Source: Actinomycetes bacterium
GTDB lineage: Bacteria; Actinomycetota; UBA4738; HRBIN12
DNA: 61,294 nucleotides
Assembly: GCA_021155985.1 (NCBI GenBank)
Contig: JAJNBA010000004.1
Location: 1 to 61,294 of the forward strand
Reading direction: 5' to 3'
Shown here: positions 30,311 to 40,245 of the stretch, piece after piece
How the letters are laid out: every line of letters begins with the position of its first letter
Position numbering within the stretch: the stretch's first letter is position 1
Notes under the pieces: model-generated
Seen by the model: only the letters and a program-made list of their open reading frames with translations
Database searches by the model: none
What the model was told of the DNA's origin: nothing
Program-made: the position numbers and the translations under genes

Positions 30311-30708
30311 ACGTTCGACGCGACGAAGCCGGATTCGTGGGCAAGATGATCGTCGTGTGGCTCCTCTTCCTCGCGGTGATCGCCGTCGCGGCGATCGATG
30401 CGGCTTCGATCGCGTTCACCACCTACAAGCTCTCCGACGTCGGATCCACCGCGGCGAGGGAAGGGGCGCTCGTCTTCAAGGCCGATCACGACGTCCGCAA
30501 GACCTGCGCTCGCGTCGCGAAGGTGGTGACCGCACAGGAGCCGACGGCGAAGGTCGCCCGCGGCGGCTGCAGCGTGGAGGCTCCGACCGGCCTCGTGACC
30601 GTGAAGATCCAGAAGCTGGCGAGCACCGTCATCGTTCACCGCATCTCCTTGACGGAGGACTTCGCTTCCGTGATCGTCACCGAGACCGCCGGACCACCCT
30701 CGCTGTAG
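30307..30708 (+). CDS. Pilin/TadE-like small membrane protein
   Basis: RRDEAG followed by a hydrophobic helix, AAREGA, two Cys. Confidence 0.55.
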   Translation: MNVRRDEAGFVGKMIVVWLLFLAVIAVAAIDAASIAFTTYKLSDVGSTAAREGALVFKADHDVRKTCARVAKVVTAQEPTAKVARGGCSVEAPTGLVTVKIQKLASTVIVHRISLTEDFASVIVTETAGPPSL

Positions 30709-30719
30709 CGTTCGACGCG

Positions 30720-31316
30720 GTGACTGCTTCCGAGACCGACGAACTTCTCGTCCGACGGTTCCAGGACGGGAGCTCCGACGCGTTCGAGACCCTCGTGCAG
30801 CGCCACGGCGCGCGCGTCTACAACCTGTGCCTGCGGATCCTCGGCGACGCGGAGGAAGCCGCCGACGCCTCTCAGGACACCTTCCTCGCCGTACTGCGCA
30901 AGCTGAGCAGCTTCCGCGGAGATGCCGCCTTCACGACATGGCTCCACCGCGTCGCCGTCAACGCCTGCTACGACTCCCTCCGCAAGAAGCGGCGACGCCC
31001 TATGCTCCAGCTGGCTGCCGATGAGGGCGACGAGCGGCCGGAGCCGTCACTCCCCTCGCCCGATCACGCGGAAGGGGTGGTGTTCTCCGTCGACGTGGCG
31101 CAGGCGCTGGCCAAGGTGCCGGAGGAGTTCCGCGTCGTCCTCGTGCTCGCGGACGTGCAGGACCTCCCCTACGAAGAGATCGCGGCCGTCCTCGAGATCC
31201 CGGTGGGAACGGTGAAATCGAGGGTCTTCAGGGGCCGGGCGGCTCTCGGGAAGGCGCTAGGCGTGACCGAAGGGGAACCCTCCGGAGCGTCACGGACGTC
31301 AGAGGAAGAGGCATGA
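30720..31316 (+). CDS. ECF sigma factor (SigM-like)
   Basis: AADASQDTF, FTTWLHRVAVNAC, IPVGTVKSRVFRGR; upstream of trxB. Confidence 0.9.
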   Translation: MTASETDELLVRRFQDGSSDAFETLVQRHGARVYNLCLRILGDAEEAADASQDTFLAVLRKLSSFRGDAAFTTWLHRVAVNACYDSLRKKRRRPMLQLAADEGDERPEPSLPSPDHAEGVVFSVDVAQALAKVPEEFRVVLVLADVQDLPYEEIAAVLEIPVGTVKSRVFRGRAALGKALGVTEGEPSGASRTSEEEA

Positions 31317-32029
31317 ATCATCCCTACGAGCAGCTGGCCGCCCTGATGGACGGCACCCTGGACGAGCGCGAGCTCGCCGGAGTGCAGGCGCATCTGGATC
31401 TCTGTGCCACCTGCCGACAGGACGTCGACCTCGCGACCCACGGCGCCAGAGCCGCTCGCTCCCTCCCCGTCGTGGACCCTCCTCCCGACCTGCATCGGCG
31501 TGTCGTGGGAGCCGGCGGCGGCCACGGCACCCCGGCGTGGTACCGCTGGGCCGGTGCGGCCGCGGCCGCCGCCGCGGTGATCGCGATCGCGATCGCCCTC
31601 CCCAACGTCGGGAGCGACCCGGACCGCGGCGAGGTCTCCAGCCTGGCCGGCGAAGACTCCGCGGCTACGGTCGAGAGCGGTCCGGTGGGTGGAGATGTCG
31701 TCATCAGCGAAGAAGATCGCGACTACGACGCCGCGGGGCTCGAGGAGCTCGCGCGCTCCGCCAGGGCGTCGCGCCGCGATGCCCCGAACGCAGCCGGAGG
31801 GGCCGGGCAGGATGCGACGGCCGCCGTCGGCTGCGTCTCCCGGGCCTTCGGAGACCAGCAGGCGGGGCGGCTGACACGACTGATCCGAGCGAGGTTCGAA
31901 GGTGAGGAGGCCTACATCGCCGTTTATCTCGAAGGCCCGGGCGCGGGCGAGCCGCCGGACACAGTCGCGGTGTGGGCGGCGTCAACCGAGGACTGCAGTG
32001 TGCTCTCCTTCGCGTCGGCTCGCATCTGA
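31313..32029 (+). CDS. Zinc-finger (HxxxCxxC) anti-sigma factor
   Basis: HLDLCATC, single TM helix; ATGA coupling to the sigma gene. Confidence 0.85.
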   Translation: MNHPYEQLAALMDGTLDERELAGVQAHLDLCATCRQDVDLATHGARAARSLPVVDPPPDLHRRVVGAGGGHGTPAWYRWAGAAAAAAAVIAIAIALPNVGSDPDRGEVSSLAGEDSAATVESGPVGGDVVISEEDRDYDAAGLEELARSARASRRDAPNAAGGAGQDATAAVGCVSRAFGDQQAGRLTRLIRARFEGEEAYIAVYLEGPGAGEPPDTVAVWAASTEDCSVLSFASARI

Positions 32030-32105
32030 CCTCCTTCCCGACGGGCACGCGGGAAGGAACCGGCTCACGGGCGGCGTTCAGGTCGTGTGGGAGGATGACC
32101 ATCGC

Positions 32106-33104
32106 ATGACCACGGAACGCGAGAACGACGTCCGGAACATGATCGTGATCGGGTCCGGCCCCGCCGGATTCACGGCGGCGCTCTACGCCGCCCGGGCCAA
32201 CCTCGAGCCATTGGTGCTCAAGGGCGTGGAGGCCGGCGGCCAACTGATGTTGACCACCGACGTGGAGAACTATCCGGGCTTCGCCGACGGGATCCTGGGG
32301 CCGGAGCTCATGGACCAGATGGAGAAGCAGGCCGCCCGGTTCGGCGCGGAGATCCTCTCGGTCCACGTGACCCGCGTCGATCTCTCCTCGCGGCCCTATC
32401 GGGTCTGGGCGGGCGACGAGGTCTGGAAGACGCGGACCGTGGTGATCGCCACGGGGGCGACGGCGAAGTGGCTCGACGTCCAGGGCGAGGAGAAGCTCCG
32501 CGGGAGAGGCGTCTCCGCCTGTGCCACCTGCGACGGCTTCTTCTTCCGCGATCGAGAGCTCGTCGTCGTGGGCGGGGGTGACTCGGCGATGGAAGAGGCG
32601 ACGTTCCTCACGAAATTCGCCTCCAAGGTGACGATCGTTCATCGGCGCGACGAGTTCCGCGCGTCGAAGATCATGCAGGATCGCGCCCTCGCGAACCCGA
32701 AGATCGAGGTCGCCTGGAATGCCGAGGTCGTCGAGATCATCGGCGACGACGCGGTCACCGGCGTGAGGCTCCGCGACACCTCGACCGGTGAGATCAGTGA
32801 CCTCCCCACCGACGGTGTCTTCGTGGCGATCGGCCACACGCCGAACACCGAGCTCTTCGTCGATCGGTTGGAGCTCGACCCGGACGGGTACATCGTGATC
32901 CAGGAGCCGCGCACCCAGACCTCGGTCGAAGGGGTGTTCGCGGCCGGCGACGTCACCGACCGGATCTATCGTCAGGCCGTCACGGCCGCAGGACAGGGGT
33001 GCAAGGCAGCGATCGACGCCGAGCGACTACTCGAGGCGGAGTCCCACGCCGCGGTCGAGGCAGGGAATCTCGCCGCTCGAGGGAGCGTTCAGAGCGAGGC
33101 CTAG
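32106..33104 (+). CDS. trxB: Thioredoxin reductase
   Basis: [28 protein letters not shown]. Confidence 0.96.
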   Translation: MTTERENDVRNMIVIGSGPAGFTAALYAARANLEPLVLKGVEAGGQLMLTTDVENYPGFADGILGPELMDQMEKQAARFGAEILSVHVTRVDLSSRPYRVWAGDEVWKTRTVVIATGATAKWLDVQGEEKLRGRGVSACATCDGFFFRDRELVVVGGGDSAMEEATFLTKFASKVTIVHRRDEFRASKIMQDRALANPKIEVAWNAEVVEIIGDDAVTGVRLRDTSTGEISDLPTDGVFVAIGHTPNTELFVDRLELDPDGYIVIQEPRTQTSVEGVFAAGDVTDRIYRQAVTAAGQGCKAAIDAERLLEAESHAAVEAGNLAARGSVQSEA

Positions 33105-33142
33105 ACCCCGCCGGCGAGCCGGCGGTCGAGAGGAGAGCAGAG

Positions 33143-33469
33143 ATGGCGAACATCGGAGATGTGAACGACACGGAGTTCCAGACGAGCGTCCTCGATTCCG
33201 AGACACCGGTCCTCGTGGATTTCTGGGCGGAGTGGTGCGTGCCGTGTCACATGGTCTCTCCGGTCGTGGAGGAGATCGGGCAGGAGAAGGGCCAGGATCT
33301 CAAGGTCGCGAAGCTGAACATCGACGAGAACCCGGACGCCACCAGGACCTACGGGGTCATGTCGATCCCCTCCTTGATCTTGTTCAAGGCAGGCAAGGAG
33401 GTCGCGCGGGTCACCGGCGCCCGGCCGAAGGACGCGATCCTGCGCGACCTCGAACCGCACCTCGCGTAG
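33143..33469 (+). CDS. trxA: Thioredoxin
   Basis: VLVDFWAEWCVPC, GVMSIP. Confidence 0.93.
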   Translation: MANIGDVNDTEFQTSVLDSETPVLVDFWAEWCVPCHMVSPVVEEIGQEKGQDLKVAKLNIDENPDATRTYGVMSIPSLILFKAGKEVARVTGARPKDAILRDLEPHLA

Positions 33470-33537
33470 GGCGTCTTCCCCACCCCGCTCCCGTCGGCGG
33501 TTGCCGTCGCCACGCGTACCCACGCACACTCGAACCG

Positions 33538-34569
33538 ATGGGCATCTTCCGCAAGGGTGACAGCGGCCCGGAGATCGCGGACATCCAGTCGAGGTTGACA
33601 GCGCTCGGGGCCAAGATCGACGGCGAGGAACTGGTGGGCGTGTTCGGATCGTCCACCGCGGCCGCCGTCCGCTGGTTCCAGGAAGATCGGCACCTCCAGG
33701 TGGACGGCCTCGTCGGCCCGGACACGTGGGAACAGCTCGTCGAGGCCGGTTGGCTGCTGGGCGACCGCACGCTGTATCACCGCGCCCCGATGTTCCGAGG
33801 TGACGACGTGCGGGAGATCCAGCGGATGCTGAACGCGCTGGGCTTCGACAGCGGCAAGGAAGACGGGTTCTACGGCCCCCGGACGGACGGAGCCCTACGA
33901 TTGTTCCAGCGTAACGTCGGGGACGAACCGGACGGGATCGTCGGCCCGCACACGCTGTCGGTGCTTCGGCGGATGCGTCCGCTGGATGCGGCCCCGTCAC
34001 GAGCCCTCGTGCGCGAGCGCGAGGAATTGGATGCCACGCGGGGGCCGATCGAGGGCCGAGTCATCGCGGTCGACATCGGTGAAGGGGCCGCCGCGGCCGG
34101 CGAGTTGCATCGGCGCTCGGCGCTCGCCCTGGTGGAGGAGCTGCGGGCGGTGGGTGCCGATCCGAAGCTCCTCGTCACCGACGACCAGGCGGCCGCGCCT
34201 TCGGACCGAGCCCGTCTCGCGAACGAGGCGGGCGCGGCGGCGTCCATCACCATGGAACTCACCGCCAGGGACGGGGAAGGTGAGGGCGGCCCCGTCTGCT
34301 CGTACTTCGGAAGCCGGACCACCCATTCCCCCTCCGGACTCGTTCTCGCGCAACTGATCCTGGAAGAGCTCGAGGCGGAGCTCGGCCTGTCCGGACGGGT
34401 CCGTCCGCTGACGATCGCACCCCTGCGCGAGACGCGGATGCCGGCGGTCCAGGTCGAACCGTTCACCGGCGCGGGCCGACAGGAGGAAAGGCTGCTGCGC
34501 GAGCCCGACCTTCCGACGCGCGTCGCCCGCGCCGTCGCCGTGGGGGTGGGTCGCTTCTTCTCAGGGTAG
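33538..34569 (+). CDS. Peptidoglycan-binding, degenerate amidase protein (CwlM-like)
   Basis: Two PG-binding domains (FQ...DGLVGPDT; FQRN..DGIVGP), GDRTLY, LRETRMPAVQVE. Confidence 0.82.
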   Translation: MGIFRKGDSGPEIADIQSRLTALGAKIDGEELVGVFGSSTAAAVRWFQEDRHLQVDGLVGPDTWEQLVEAGWLLGDRTLYHRAPMFRGDDVREIQRMLNALGFDSGKEDGFYGPRTDGALRLFQRNVGDEPDGIVGPHTLSVLRRMRPLDAAPSRALVREREELDATRGPIEGRVIAVDIGEGAAAAGELHRRSALALVEELRAVGADPKLLVTDDQAAAPSDRARLANEAGAAASITMELTARDGEGEGGPVCSYFGSRTTHSPSGLVLAQLILEELEAELGLSGRVRPLTIAPLRETRMPAVQVEPFTGAGRQEERLLREPDLPTRVARAVAVGVGRFFSG

Positions 34570-34677
34570 ACACGGGCGACGCGCGAGCATCGCGAGACCC
34601 GCGCCGAGGATCAGACCGAGGAGGGTCGCTTTCAGCGCGCGTTCCCGTTCCGACGGGTACCGGCCGGTGTGATCCAT
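34561..34677 (-). CDS. Small single-TM protein (38 aa)
   Basis: MDHTGRYPSERERALKATLLGLILGAGLAMLARRPCLP, downstream of parB. Confidence 0.45.
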   Translation of the reverse strand: MDHTGRYPSERERALKATLLGLILGAGLAMLARRPCLP

Positions 34678-34727
34678 CTGCTGAGCGTCCGGCGTGAGGT
34701 CCGTCTCGGGTCGTATGATGTTATCAC

Positions 34728-35618
34728 TCAATCGGGGGCAAGGCCGGGCCCGGAACCCACGATCTCCGACACGATCCGCTCGAGGTCGTCGGCGGAGCCG
34801 AACTCGATCAAGACCTGACCCCGTTTGCGTCCCATGCGGATCTGCACCCGGGTCGCGAGCTGCTCGGACAGGATCTCCTCGACCTCCGCGAGGTTGGGGT
34901 CGGAGACCTCCGCATCCGTGCCGGCCTTTTTGGGAGCGGGCTCGGGCGGACCCTCGATGAACCGTCGAACGATCTCCTCCGTCTCGCGGACCGAGAGATC
35001 CTCCGCCGCGACCCGAAGCGAGAGCGACGTGATCGCGTCGGCATCGCCCAAGGCCAGCAACGCCCGCGCGTGACCCGCCGAGAGCTTCTCGTCCGTGAGG
35101 AGCTGCTGCACCTCGAGGGGCAGGGCGAGGAGGCGGATCGTGTTGGCGATGTGCGACCGTGAGACGCCAACGCGATCGGCCAGCTCCTCCTGCTTCAACC
35201 CCAGCTCGTCCAGGAGCTGCCGGAACGCCTCGCCGAGCTCGATCGGATTGAGGTCTTCCCGATGGATGTTCTCGATCAGAGCTTCCCTGAGTAGATCGGC
35301 GTCGTCGGAATCCCGCAGGACGACCGGGACCGTCGCCAACCCCGCGAGCTTCGCGGCTCGGAGGCGCCGCTCGCCGGTGACGACCTCGTAGCCCTGGCCC
35401 GCCCGCCGAACCACGATCGGTTGAAGGATCCCGACCTCGCGGATGGAGGCGGCGAGCTCCTGCAACGCCTCGTCGTCGAACCTGCTCCGCGGCTGCTTCG
35501 GGTTGGGGGCGATCGCCCCTGCGGGCACCTCGAGCAGCCCGGTGGCCACCTCCCCCGCCTCGGGCGCGCCGGGTATCAGCGCGGAGAGCCCCCGTCCCAG
35601 ACCCCCTCGCTTGGACAT
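34728..35618 (-). CDS. parB: Chromosome partitioning protein ParB
   Basis: GLGRGLSALI, NPKQPR, GERRLRA, ENIHREDLNPIE, SAGHARAL. Confidence 0.95.
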   Translation of the reverse strand: MSKRGGLGRGLSALIPGAPEAGEVATGLLEVPAGAIAPNPKQPRSRFDDEALQELAASIREVGILQPIVVRRAGQGYEVVTGERRLRAAKLAGLATVPVVLRDSDDADLLREALIENIHREDLNPIELGEAFRQLLDELGLKQEELADRVGVSRSHIANTIRLLALPLEVQQLLTDEKLSAGHARALLALGDADAITSLSLRVAAEDLSVRETEEIVRRFIEGPPEPAPKKAGTDAEVSDPNLAEVEEILSEQLATRVQIRMGRKRGQVLIEFGSADDLERIVSEIVGSGPGLAPD

Positions 35619-37108
35619 CAATCGCCTCCCTTGCGGAACATCCGCCAACGCCGTTTCCGGCCCAGCTCCTCGTCCAATGTCGCGCCGATGTCCGCCATCC
35701 CCTCACGATGCTCGTCCGCGGGAGCCGGAGGCGCCTCCTGTCCCGCCTCGATGTCGATGTCGGAGTTCTCGTCGATCACCACGACCCGTCGCTGGGGCAG
35801 CTCCCCGGGTGGAGCGGGTCTCGACGGAGGCTTGACCCTCGGCTCAGGTTGGCGGGCAGGCTCCTCCCAGGCGTCATCGTCCGCGTCCACCGCGGTGCCG
35901 CTGGCCTTCCGGGCGGGAGGTGGGCTCGACGTGGGAGATGCGGCCATCTCGACCTGTGGTGCGGGGTCCGCTGGCTGAGACTCCGGCTCCGGTTGACGTG
36001 CCGCCGTCTCAGGCCGCGGTTCCGGTGCAGCCGGCTCGGGGGTCAGGTCGACGACGGGCTCCCGCTCGGCCGCGCGCTCGATCATGGGATCGGATCTGGA
36101 GGCTCGCGGTTCCTCCGACGGCTCCGGATGCCCCCCGTTCCCGGAAGCTCCCTCGGCGCCCTCGGGTCGCTCCATCGGAGGCATCACGGCGATCGGCATC
36201 TTGTCGAACTGCGGCATCGGAGCCTCTGGCGGGGGGCGCAGCGCGACCTCCTGGGCGAGCTGGCGGTACGCCTGGGCGCCCTTCGACTTCGCATCGTAGA
36301 TCGTGATGGGCTGTCCGAACCCCGGCGCCTCCGACAATCGCACCGTGCGAGGGATGATCACGTCGTAGACGAGATCGCCGAAATGACGCTTGACCTCTGC
36401 CACGACCTGCTCCGACAGCTTCGTTCGCGGGTCGAACATCGTCATCACGATCCCCGACAGCCTGAGGCCGGAGTTGATGTTCTGCTGAACGAGGGAGACG
36501 TTCCGGAGCAGCTGCCCCAGCCCCTCCAGGGCGTAATACTCGCACTGGATGGGCACGATCAGCTCCTCGGCCGCGGTGAGAGCGTTGATCGTCAGTAGCC
36601 CGAGGGAGGGCGGACAGTCGAGGAGGATGAAGTCATACGCTCCCTCGAGGACGGGCTCGATCGCCTTCTTCAACCTCGACTCGCGAGAGAATTGCGACAC
36701 CAACTCGATCTCGGCTCCGGCCAGGTCGATCGTTGCCGGCACGGCATGAAGCCGCTCCACCGGGGTGTGCACGATGGCATCCTGGATCTCGGCCTCGGAG
36801 ACGACGACGTCATACACCGTGACCTCCCGAGCGTCGTGACGGATCCCCATCCCTGTGGATGCGTTTCCCTGCGGATCGAGATCCGCAACTAGCACGCGAT
36901 ACCCGATGTCGGCCAGCGCGGCGCCGAGACTCACCGCCGTCGTGCTCTTGCCGACCCCGCCCTTCTGATTCGCGATCGCGATGACCCTGGCTCGACCCGG
37001 GACGTTCGGAACCACAGGCCCCTTCCTCCTCGACCGCTTGGGCGAGGTGGGGCGGGTCGGCGTGGTGGGTGCCACGGCGTGGGTCGAGCTGGCAGACGCC
37101 TTGCTCAC
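35618..37108 (-). CDS. parA: Chromosome partitioning ATPase ParA with long C-terminal extension
   Basis: NQKGGVGKST, DLDPQGNA, DCPPSLG, QCEYYALEG. Start uncertain. Confidence 0.93.
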   Translation of the reverse strand: MSKASASSTHAVAPTTPTRPTSPKRSRRKGPVVPNVPGRARVIAIANQKGGVGKSTTAVSLGAALADIGYRVLVADLDPQGNASTGMGIRHDAREVTVYDVVVSEAEIQDAIVHTPVERLHAVPATIDLAGAEIELVSQFSRESRLKKAIEPVLEGAYDFILLDCPPSLGLLTINALTAAEELIVPIQCEYYALEGLGQLLRNVSLVQQNINSGLRLSGIVMTMFDPRTKLSEQVVAEVKRHFGDLVYDVIIPRTVRLSEAPGFGQPITIYDAKSKGAQAYRQLAQEVALRPPPEAPMPQFDKMPIAVMPPMERPEGAEGASGNGGHPEPSEEPRASRSDPMIERAAEREPVVDLTPEPAAPEPRPETAARQPEPESQPADPAPQVEMAASPTSSPPPARKASGTAVDADDDAWEEPARQPEPRVKPPSRPAPPGELPQRRVVVIDENSDIDIEAGQEAPPAPADEHREGMADIGATLDEELGRKRRWRMFRKGGD

Positions 37109-37701
37109 TGTCGGGTCATGATAACGATGGGTCCGCCGCTTTCAAGGGTGGGACTCTCGATGGCCGCGATGCGAGCGTCCTCGGGCACCTGATCCGACCG
37201 GAACGTCGTTCCTGCCCAGTAGATCAGGCTCCCGTCCGGGGGGAGAAGGCGCCGCGCGACCGCCCAGGTCCGGGAGGGGTTGCCGAACCCCCTGGCGAGG
37301 CACATCTCGGCATCCGAGGGCAGCTCCTCGGCTGGCTTGGGGAAGACCAGGACGTTGGGGAGAGACAGACGCTCGACGACGAGCTCGAGGAAGGCCGCCC
37401 GCAGCTGCCGGGGCTCGGTGAGCGTGAGGAGCAGGTCCGGCCGAGCCACCGCGACAGGGATGCCGGGAAGGCCTGCTCCCGATCCGAGATCGATCACCGG
37501 CTGCTTCGCCGGACCGAGGTGGGGGACCGCGCGGAGACTGTCGAGCACGTGGCGCGCACGGAGGTGGGCCCGGTCGGACGACGAGACCATCCCACGAGGG
37601 ATCGCGTGGTCGGCGAGGAGACCTTCGAACGCCTCAAGAGCAGCGACCTGGCCAGGAGAGAGGTCGGCGACGGTCCAACCCTCATGTTTCACGTGAAACA
37701 T
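37105..37701 (-). CDS. rsmG: 16S rRNA m7G527 methyltransferase
   Basis: RHVLDSL, DLGSGAGLPGIP. Confidence 0.9.
   Translation of the reverse strand: MFHVKHEGWTVADLSPGQVAALEAFEGLLADHAIPRGMVSSSDRAHLRARHVLDSLRAVPHLGPAKQPVIDLGSGAGLPGIPVAVARPDLLLTLTEPRQLRAAFLELVVERLSLPNVLVFPKPAEELPSDAEMCLARGFGNPSRTWAVARRLLPPDGSLIYWAGTTFRSDQVPEDARIAAIESPTLESGGPIVIMTRQ
37685..37700. promoter_or_regulatory. parS: parS centromere site
   Basis: Perfect consensus palindrome TGTTTCACGTGAAACA. Confidence 0.93.
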
Positions 37702-37725
37702 GGCCTCCCTTGGAGAGGGGCCCTC

Positions 37726-38256
37726 TCAGAGGGGCCGGACCACCACGAAGCGATCGGGATCGGCGCCCTCGGACACGCTCTCGAGGGTATCGAACTCCGC
37801 GATCACGTCATGCACGAGCTTGCGCTCGTAGGCGTTCATCGGATCGAGCTGCTCCTCCTCGCCCGTGCGTTGCACCCGTTCGGCGATCTCTCGCGCCTGC
37901 TCGACGAGCCGCTCCTCTGCCCTCTTCCGGTAGTCCCCGACGTCGACGAGCACGCGGATGCGGTCGTCCAGGCGTCGGCCGACCGATGTTCGTGCCAGCT
38001 CCTGGATCGCATCGAGCGTCTGGCCGTGCCGGCCGATCAGGAGCGCCATGTCATCGTCAGGACCGTCGACGATGTCGACGTAGACGTGGCCTCGGTGGGT
38101 CGTGGGCTCCGCGATGGCATCGATCCCCATCCGCTCGAGGAGCTCCTCGACGAAGTCGGCGATCGCATCGGCCTGCTCCTCGAGCTCGGGAGCGTCCGGA
38201 TCCCTGTCTCGGCGATCCTCGCCCACGGCTCCCGTCGATTCCGGCTCTCGCTCCAT
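37726..38256 (-). CDS. jag: Jag/EloR (KhpB) KH-R3H RNA-binding protein
   Basis: LIGRHGQTLDAIQ (KH), MNAYERKLVHD (R3H), SEG..P.R.VV. Confidence 0.9.
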   Translation of the reverse strand: MEREPESTGAVGEDRRDRDPDAPELEEQADAIADFVEELLERMGIDAIAEPTTHRGHVYVDIVDGPDDDMALLIGRHGQTLDAIQELARTSVGRRLDDRIRVLVDVGDYRKRAEERLVEQAREIAERVQRTGEEEQLDPMNAYERKLVHDVIAEFDTLESVSEGADPDRFVVVRPL

Positions 38257-38259
38257 CGC

Positions 38260-39408
38260 CTACCTTCCCGGCCGCTTCGGCCGATTCGGACCGGATCGCC
38301 TTGGACCCGCCGACCCACCCTTCGATCGCTTTCCCGAGCTGCCCGAGCCTGAACCCTTCGCGGTTCCTGCCCGGCCCGAGCCACCCTTGGGCGAGGCCTT
38401 GCTCGAGCCCGACGTGCGCGGAGGTGGCTTCCGAGGCGGCTCTGGCTCGCCGAGCCGCCGTTTCCGTTCCTGCTCAGCTCGCTCCATCATCCTGCCCATG
38501 ATGCCGGTCCTCGGCTTGTCGGTTCGCGTCTCGGCCTTGGACTTCGCCTCGGTCAGGCGTCGATCCATCGCCTGCGGGCCGATGTGGCCGAGCCGGAGCA
38601 TCACGGCCTGTTGGCCGATCTGGAAGAGGTTGGACACCGTCCAATAGAGGATCAGACCCGTGGGGAACGCGAATCCGAAGACCCCGAACATCAACGGCAT
38701 GACCTTCGTGATGATCTGGGTCTGCGGGTTCTGCGCCGACGCCGGGGTCGCCTTCTGCGTCTGCCGGCTGGAGTAGAACGTGGTCCCGATCATGAGGAGC
38801 AAGATGGCGTAGTAGGGGATACGGTCCGCGATCCCATCCCCGCATTCCAGTTTGTCCCCCGTTGGGTCCCCGGCCGTGTCCCGGACGTCCACGGTCTTGC
38901 CGGCGTTCTGCGGCGAGCACTGGAGGTTCATCAACAGGAAGCCCTGTCCCTTCCCCTCATGGGCCGTGACATCGATGAACAGATCCGAGTCTTCGGGGAG
39001 ATGGTTGTCCTTGAACTCGACACCTGGGGGTCGATCCTCCGGCGCGTAGGGGACCGGCGCTCGGATCACGGAATACATCGCGATCAGGATCGGGAATTGC
39101 AGGAGGAGCGGGAGGCACCCGCCGAGCGGGTTCACGCCGTACTCCTGATACAGCTTCATCGTCTGCTCTTGGACCTTCTGCTTGTTCCCCTTGTACTTCT
39201 TCTGGATCTCCTTGATCTTCGGCTGGAGCGCCTGCATCGCCTGCATCGATTTGATCTGCTTGATGCCCAGGGGGAGGAGGACGATCCGGAAGACGATCGT
39301 CAGGATGATGATCGCGAATCCGAAGCTGCCGGTGAGGTCGTACAGCCACGCGAGCAGCCATCCGATCGCATCGAGCAACGCTTGGAACGGACCGATCTCA
39401 GCCAGCAT
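38260..39408 (-). CDS. yidC: Membrane protein insertase YidC
   Basis: MQALQPKIKEIQKKYK, GVNPLGGCLPLLLQFP, LYWTVSN. Confidence 0.93.
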   Translation of the reverse strand: MLAEIGPFQALLDAIGWLLAWLYDLTGSFGFAIIILTIVFRIVLLPLGIKQIKSMQAMQALQPKIKEIQKKYKGNKQKVQEQTMKLYQEYGVNPLGGCLPLLLQFPILIAMYSVIRAPVPYAPEDRPPGVEFKDNHLPEDSDLFIDVTAHEGKGQGFLLMNLQCSPQNAGKTVDVRDTAGDPTGDKLECGDGIADRIPYYAILLLMIGTTFYSSRQTQKATPASAQNPQTQIITKVMPLMFGVFGFAFPTGLILYWTVSNLFQIGQQAVMLRLGHIGPQAMDRRLTEAKSKAETRTDKPRTGIMGRMMERAEQERKRRLGEPEPPRKPPPRTSGSSKASPKGGSGRAGTAKGSGSGSSGKRSKGGSAGPRRSGPNRPKRPGR

Positions 39409-39733
39409 GGCTTCGCCGGATCAGATGGGGGAGCGTGGGATCGCTGGGTCGCTGTATGGTGGTGTCATACGAAACGTGGGGCATCGGCACCGGATCGAGG
39501 CCGCCACGCCCGAACGGATTGCAACGCAACACGCGTCGCGTGGCGAGGAAAGCACCCCGCGTCGCCCCCAACGAACGGATGGCCTCCTCCGCGTACCGAG
39601 AGCAGGTAGGGGAGAATCGGCACTGTCCGCCGAGCCACCCCGAGAGCGTGAGCTGATAGGTGCGGATCGCAGCCAGGAGGACGAGGCGAGCGGGAGCGCC
39701 GGCGTTCCATAGGATCCGTCGGACGGATGTCAT
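39398..39733 (-). CDS. yidD: Membrane protein insertion efficiency factor YidD
   Basis: CRFSPTCSRYAEEA, RVLRCNPFGRGGLDPVP. Confidence 0.92.
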   Translation of the reverse strand: MTSVRRILWNAGAPARLVLLAAIRTYQLTLSGWLGGQCRFSPTCSRYAEEAIRSLGATRGAFLATRRVLRCNPFGRGGLDPVPMPHVSYDTTIQRPSDPTLPHLIRRSHAG

Positions 39734-40035
39734 CGGCGCGTCCCTCCGCGTTGGAGCAGCTCGGTCATCTCGGTGATCAGATCCTGGGTTCGGGCGTCTC
39801 GGATGGCCTCGCGGGCCACCAGGACGACGTCGTGTCCTTCCACCCCACGCGGCGCGACCTCGCGGATCGCTGCCCGAAGGACCCGCCGCGCTCGGTTCCG
39901 CTGCACCGCGCCACCGATCTTCTTGCCGGCGACCAGCGCGAACTCCCCCGAGCCGGGAGCGACAAACAGTACCACCCGCTTCCCGTGCATCGGCTCCGCG
40001 TCGTGGAAGACGCGCTGGATCGCCCGGGTGCGCAC
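39730..40035 (-). CDS. rnpA: Ribonuclease P protein component (start uncertain)
   Basis: KKIGGAVQRNRARRVLR (RNR motif); synteny. Confidence 0.88.
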   Translation of the reverse strand: MRTRAIQRVFHDAEPMHGKRVVLFVAPGSGEFALVAGKKIGGAVQRNRARRVLRAAIREVAPRGVEGHDVVLVAREAIRDARTQDLITEMTELLQRGGTRR

Positions 40036-40043
40036 CGTTGCGG

Positions 40044-40193
40044 TCAGCCGGAGACGCTGAGGCGGCTGCGGCCCTTGCGTCGGCGGGCGGCGAGGATCGA
40101 CCGGCCGGCACGGGTCCGCATCCGCAGACGGAAGCCGTGCGTCTTGGCACGGCGGCGCGTGTTCGGCTGGTACGTACGCTTTCGCTTGGCCAT
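40044..40193 (-). CDS. rpmH: 50S ribosomal protein L34
   Basis: [38 protein letters not shown]. Confidence 0.97.
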   Translation of the reverse strand: MAKRKRTYQPNTRRRAKTHGFRLRMRTRAGRSILAARRRKGRSRLSVSG

Positions 40194-40245
40194 CCTCGGA
40201 TTCCTTCGCGGAAGGAAGGCCGGCAACGCCGCCGGCCGAAGGGGA

